DNA from: an uncultured Anaerolineaceae bacterium
GTDB taxonomy: Bacteria > Chloroflexota > Anaerolineae > Anaerolineales > E44-bin32
Direction: 5' to 3'
Length of the DNA stretch: 46,953 nucleotides
Assembly (NCBI GenBank): GCA_964448245.1
Contig: CAYUWF010000003.1
Location: 6,214 to 53,166 of the forward strand
The notes beneath the pieces are model-generated. The model saw nothing but the letters and a program-made list of their open reading frames with translations. It made no database searches and was not told the origin of the DNA. Position 1 is the stretch's first letter. Each line of letters opens with the position of its first letter. This document shows positions 45,688 to 46,953 of this stretch, piece by piece. A program made the translations under genes and the position numbers.

Positions 45688-46953
45688 TTACGGCTCGCGG
45701 AGCATGTAGATCGCGAGCAGCTGAGGCGAAACGCTCGTCGTGTTGAGATTCGCCAAGTCGGCGGCGTGCCACTCGTCCCAATAGCCTCTATCTGAGTGGT
45801 ACACGGTGAGATGGCCAGGCGGGTAGGTCGCCCCGGCTCCCGTTGAGGGATCGATGAAGACCCCGCTAGTCCAGAGCTTAATCACTGGTTGGTTCGAATT
45901 TGGCCTAACAACGTAGCCGTTTGCAACCAAGATGCTCGTTCGGAATCGGATGAACTTCCCTGATGGGGGTAGCTCCGAAAACGATAACCCAGTTTCCCCG
46001 TCTTGAATCCGGTGGAGGCTGAGGTCCTTGATGCGGCTTCCACTCCGGTATATCAGATCCGGCGTCGTCGTGGGGTCGATCGGGATCGGAGGGAAGGGCG
46101 TTACCTCGACCTCTGGTTCAGGTCCTGGAAGAGGCTTGGTTCGACGGAGTGCATCCAGGGCCTCGCGCAGAGCTTCTGCTTGCCCGGCACGCTCAAAAGC
46201 TCGCTCAATCGCGTCGCGCCACACTTCTGGCAGCGCCGGTTCCTCACCCTGTTGGACGTCAGGGACGGCACCGGGGATTCCAATCACGAGGAGGCTGACA
46301 AGCACCCACGCTACAGGGCGGGCGACCACTCCGACAACCGACTTCAACCCAGCGAGGGCCCGAAGAACGCCAGCAATGGGCGAGGAGTATTCAGCTGTGG
46401 CGCTCCAGAGCCCCGACGGGTCCGCCATGCGTACCGGATCGTTCGCCGCATAGACATATCGGTTGGCCTCGACCGGATTGAATAGCTCCACTTCCACCGG
46501 ATCCCTCAAGAGGAACCGTCCAAAGCCCGGGTCGTAGTACCTCGCCCTCAGGCTGTACAGCTCCGTAAGCGGATCGAACTGCTGGCCCGTGTAGAGGTAG
46601 GCGTTGGCTGTCGTGCCACTGTGGGCGAGGAGGTCGCCAAAGGCGGCGTAGTCGTAGGTGTCTGTAATCGCTCCCGCGCCGTCGGTCAGCGCCCGCACGC
46701 TGCCCATGGCGTCGCTGAGGTAGTAGCTGGTGGCGCCGGCGCGGGTCTGCGCGAGCAGCTCCGGCCCGCCGAGCACGTAGCTTGCGAGCGGTGCGCCGCC
46801 CGCGTCGGTTTCGAGCACAACGTCGCCGTAGAGCGAGGCCTCGTCCCAGAGGTAGTTCGTATCGACTCCGTCCACAGCCTGGCGCACGCGTCGACCGTCG
46901 GCGTCGTAGGTGTAACCCAGCGCGGTTCCATCAGGAAGGGTGGCGCCGCTCAG
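45688..46953 (-). CDS. Rhs-family polymorphic toxin, 3' part (open at the window edge), with an unclassified C-terminal toxin domain
   Basis: The frame is open to 46953 (LSGATLPDGTALGYTYDADGRRVRQAVDG...). LYTGQQFD, RARYYDPGFGRFLLRDP, NRYVYAANDPVRMADPSGL, then ~240 aa of non-Rhs sequence ending at 45688. Confidence 0.85.
   Translation of the reverse strand: MSGATLPDGTALGYTYDADGRRVRQAVDGVDTNYLWDEASLYGDVVLETDAGGAPLASYVLGGPELLAQTRAGATSYYLSDAMGSVRALTDGAGAITDTYDYAAFGDLLAHSGTTANAYLYTGQQFDPLTELYSLRARYYDPGFGRFLLRDPVEVELFNPVEANRYVYAANDPVRMADPSGLWSATAEYSSPIAGVLRALAGLKSVVGVVARPVAWVLVSLLVIGIPGAVPDVQQGEEPALPEVWRDAIERAFERAGQAEALREALDALRRTKPLPGPEPEVEVTPFPPIPIDPTTTPDLIYRSGSRIKDLSLHRIQDGETGLSFSELPPSGKFIRFRTSILVANGYVVRPNSNQPVIKLWTSGVFIDPSTGAGATYPPGHLTVYHSDRGYWDEWHAADLANLNTTSVSPQLLAIYMLREP
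46766..46953 (-). repeat. Rhs recombination tract, main-gene copy
   Basis: See 44931-45118. Identity collapses to roughly 60-65% immediately 3' (below 46766 / 44931). Confidence 0.85.

Noticed and set aside
45688-46260. Classifying the main Rhs toxin CT1 as an ADP-ribosyltransferase (YRSGS ... GLSFSE pattern)
   Set aside because: There is only a vague R / S-x-S resemblance and no ExE motif. It cannot be supported without a profile search, so the domain is left unclassified.
44931-46953. The possibility that the near-identical Rhs tracts are a diversity-generating retroelement TR/VR pair
   Set aside because: There is no reverse transcriptase gene in the window. Only a single A/G difference exists over 188 nt, so there is no adenine-specific mutagenesis pattern. 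Rhs cassette recombination explains the arrangement.

Overview
High-GC bacterial chromosomal window: hand counts of a few 60-nt lines give about 62-70% GC, dropping to about 52-58% in the Rhs toxin/immunity modules. It is gene-dense, with about 50 supportable CDS (most on the minus strand), one tRNA-Leu(GAG), and three intergenic repeat families. The hairpin repeat GTAGGGGCGGGT..ACCCGCCCCTAC and the gene content loosely suggest a Chloroflexota-like organism; this is only a guess.

Left to right:
- Minus-strand signalling cluster: NarL-type response regulator, an hsp20 remnant that is frameshifted and split by a ~165-nt element with terminal inverted repeats, OmpR-type response regulator, small ORF, Zn-ribbon-FHA, J-domain-vWA, PP2C phosphatase, Ser/Thr kinase with a PQQ propeller.
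- Polyprenyl synthase and type-2 IDI, then acpP.
- Five-gene string with overlapping stop/start codons: UXS, GtrA, small ORF, thioesterase, ChlI-like AAA+.
- G5/beta-propeller protein, then scpB-rluB-sucC-sucD.
- URO-D-like gene, rsmD, NUDIX, class II aldolase.
- Helical protein plus an SPFH-HTH fusion, NERD protein, plsX, tRNA-Leu.
- Amino-acid ABC transporter and an LCP protein.
- ftsZ block bracketed by two composite C-rich/G-rich palindromic repeats.
- Three-gene operon: 2-TM protein, 1692-aa TPR protein, TPR plus gingipain/CHAT-like clan-CD peptidase.
- Rhs polymorphic-toxin locus at the right edge: the 3' end of a main rhs gene with an immunity gene, one orphan CT/immunity cassette with a frameshifted PD-(D/E)xK toxin, and one truncated remnant.

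The best candidates for something new are the TPR/clan-CD-peptidase operon next to the Rhs array, the J-domain-vWA/FHA/PP2C/kinase cluster, and the two structured repeat families. All functional calls rest on motifs read by eye from the ORF translations; no database search was run.
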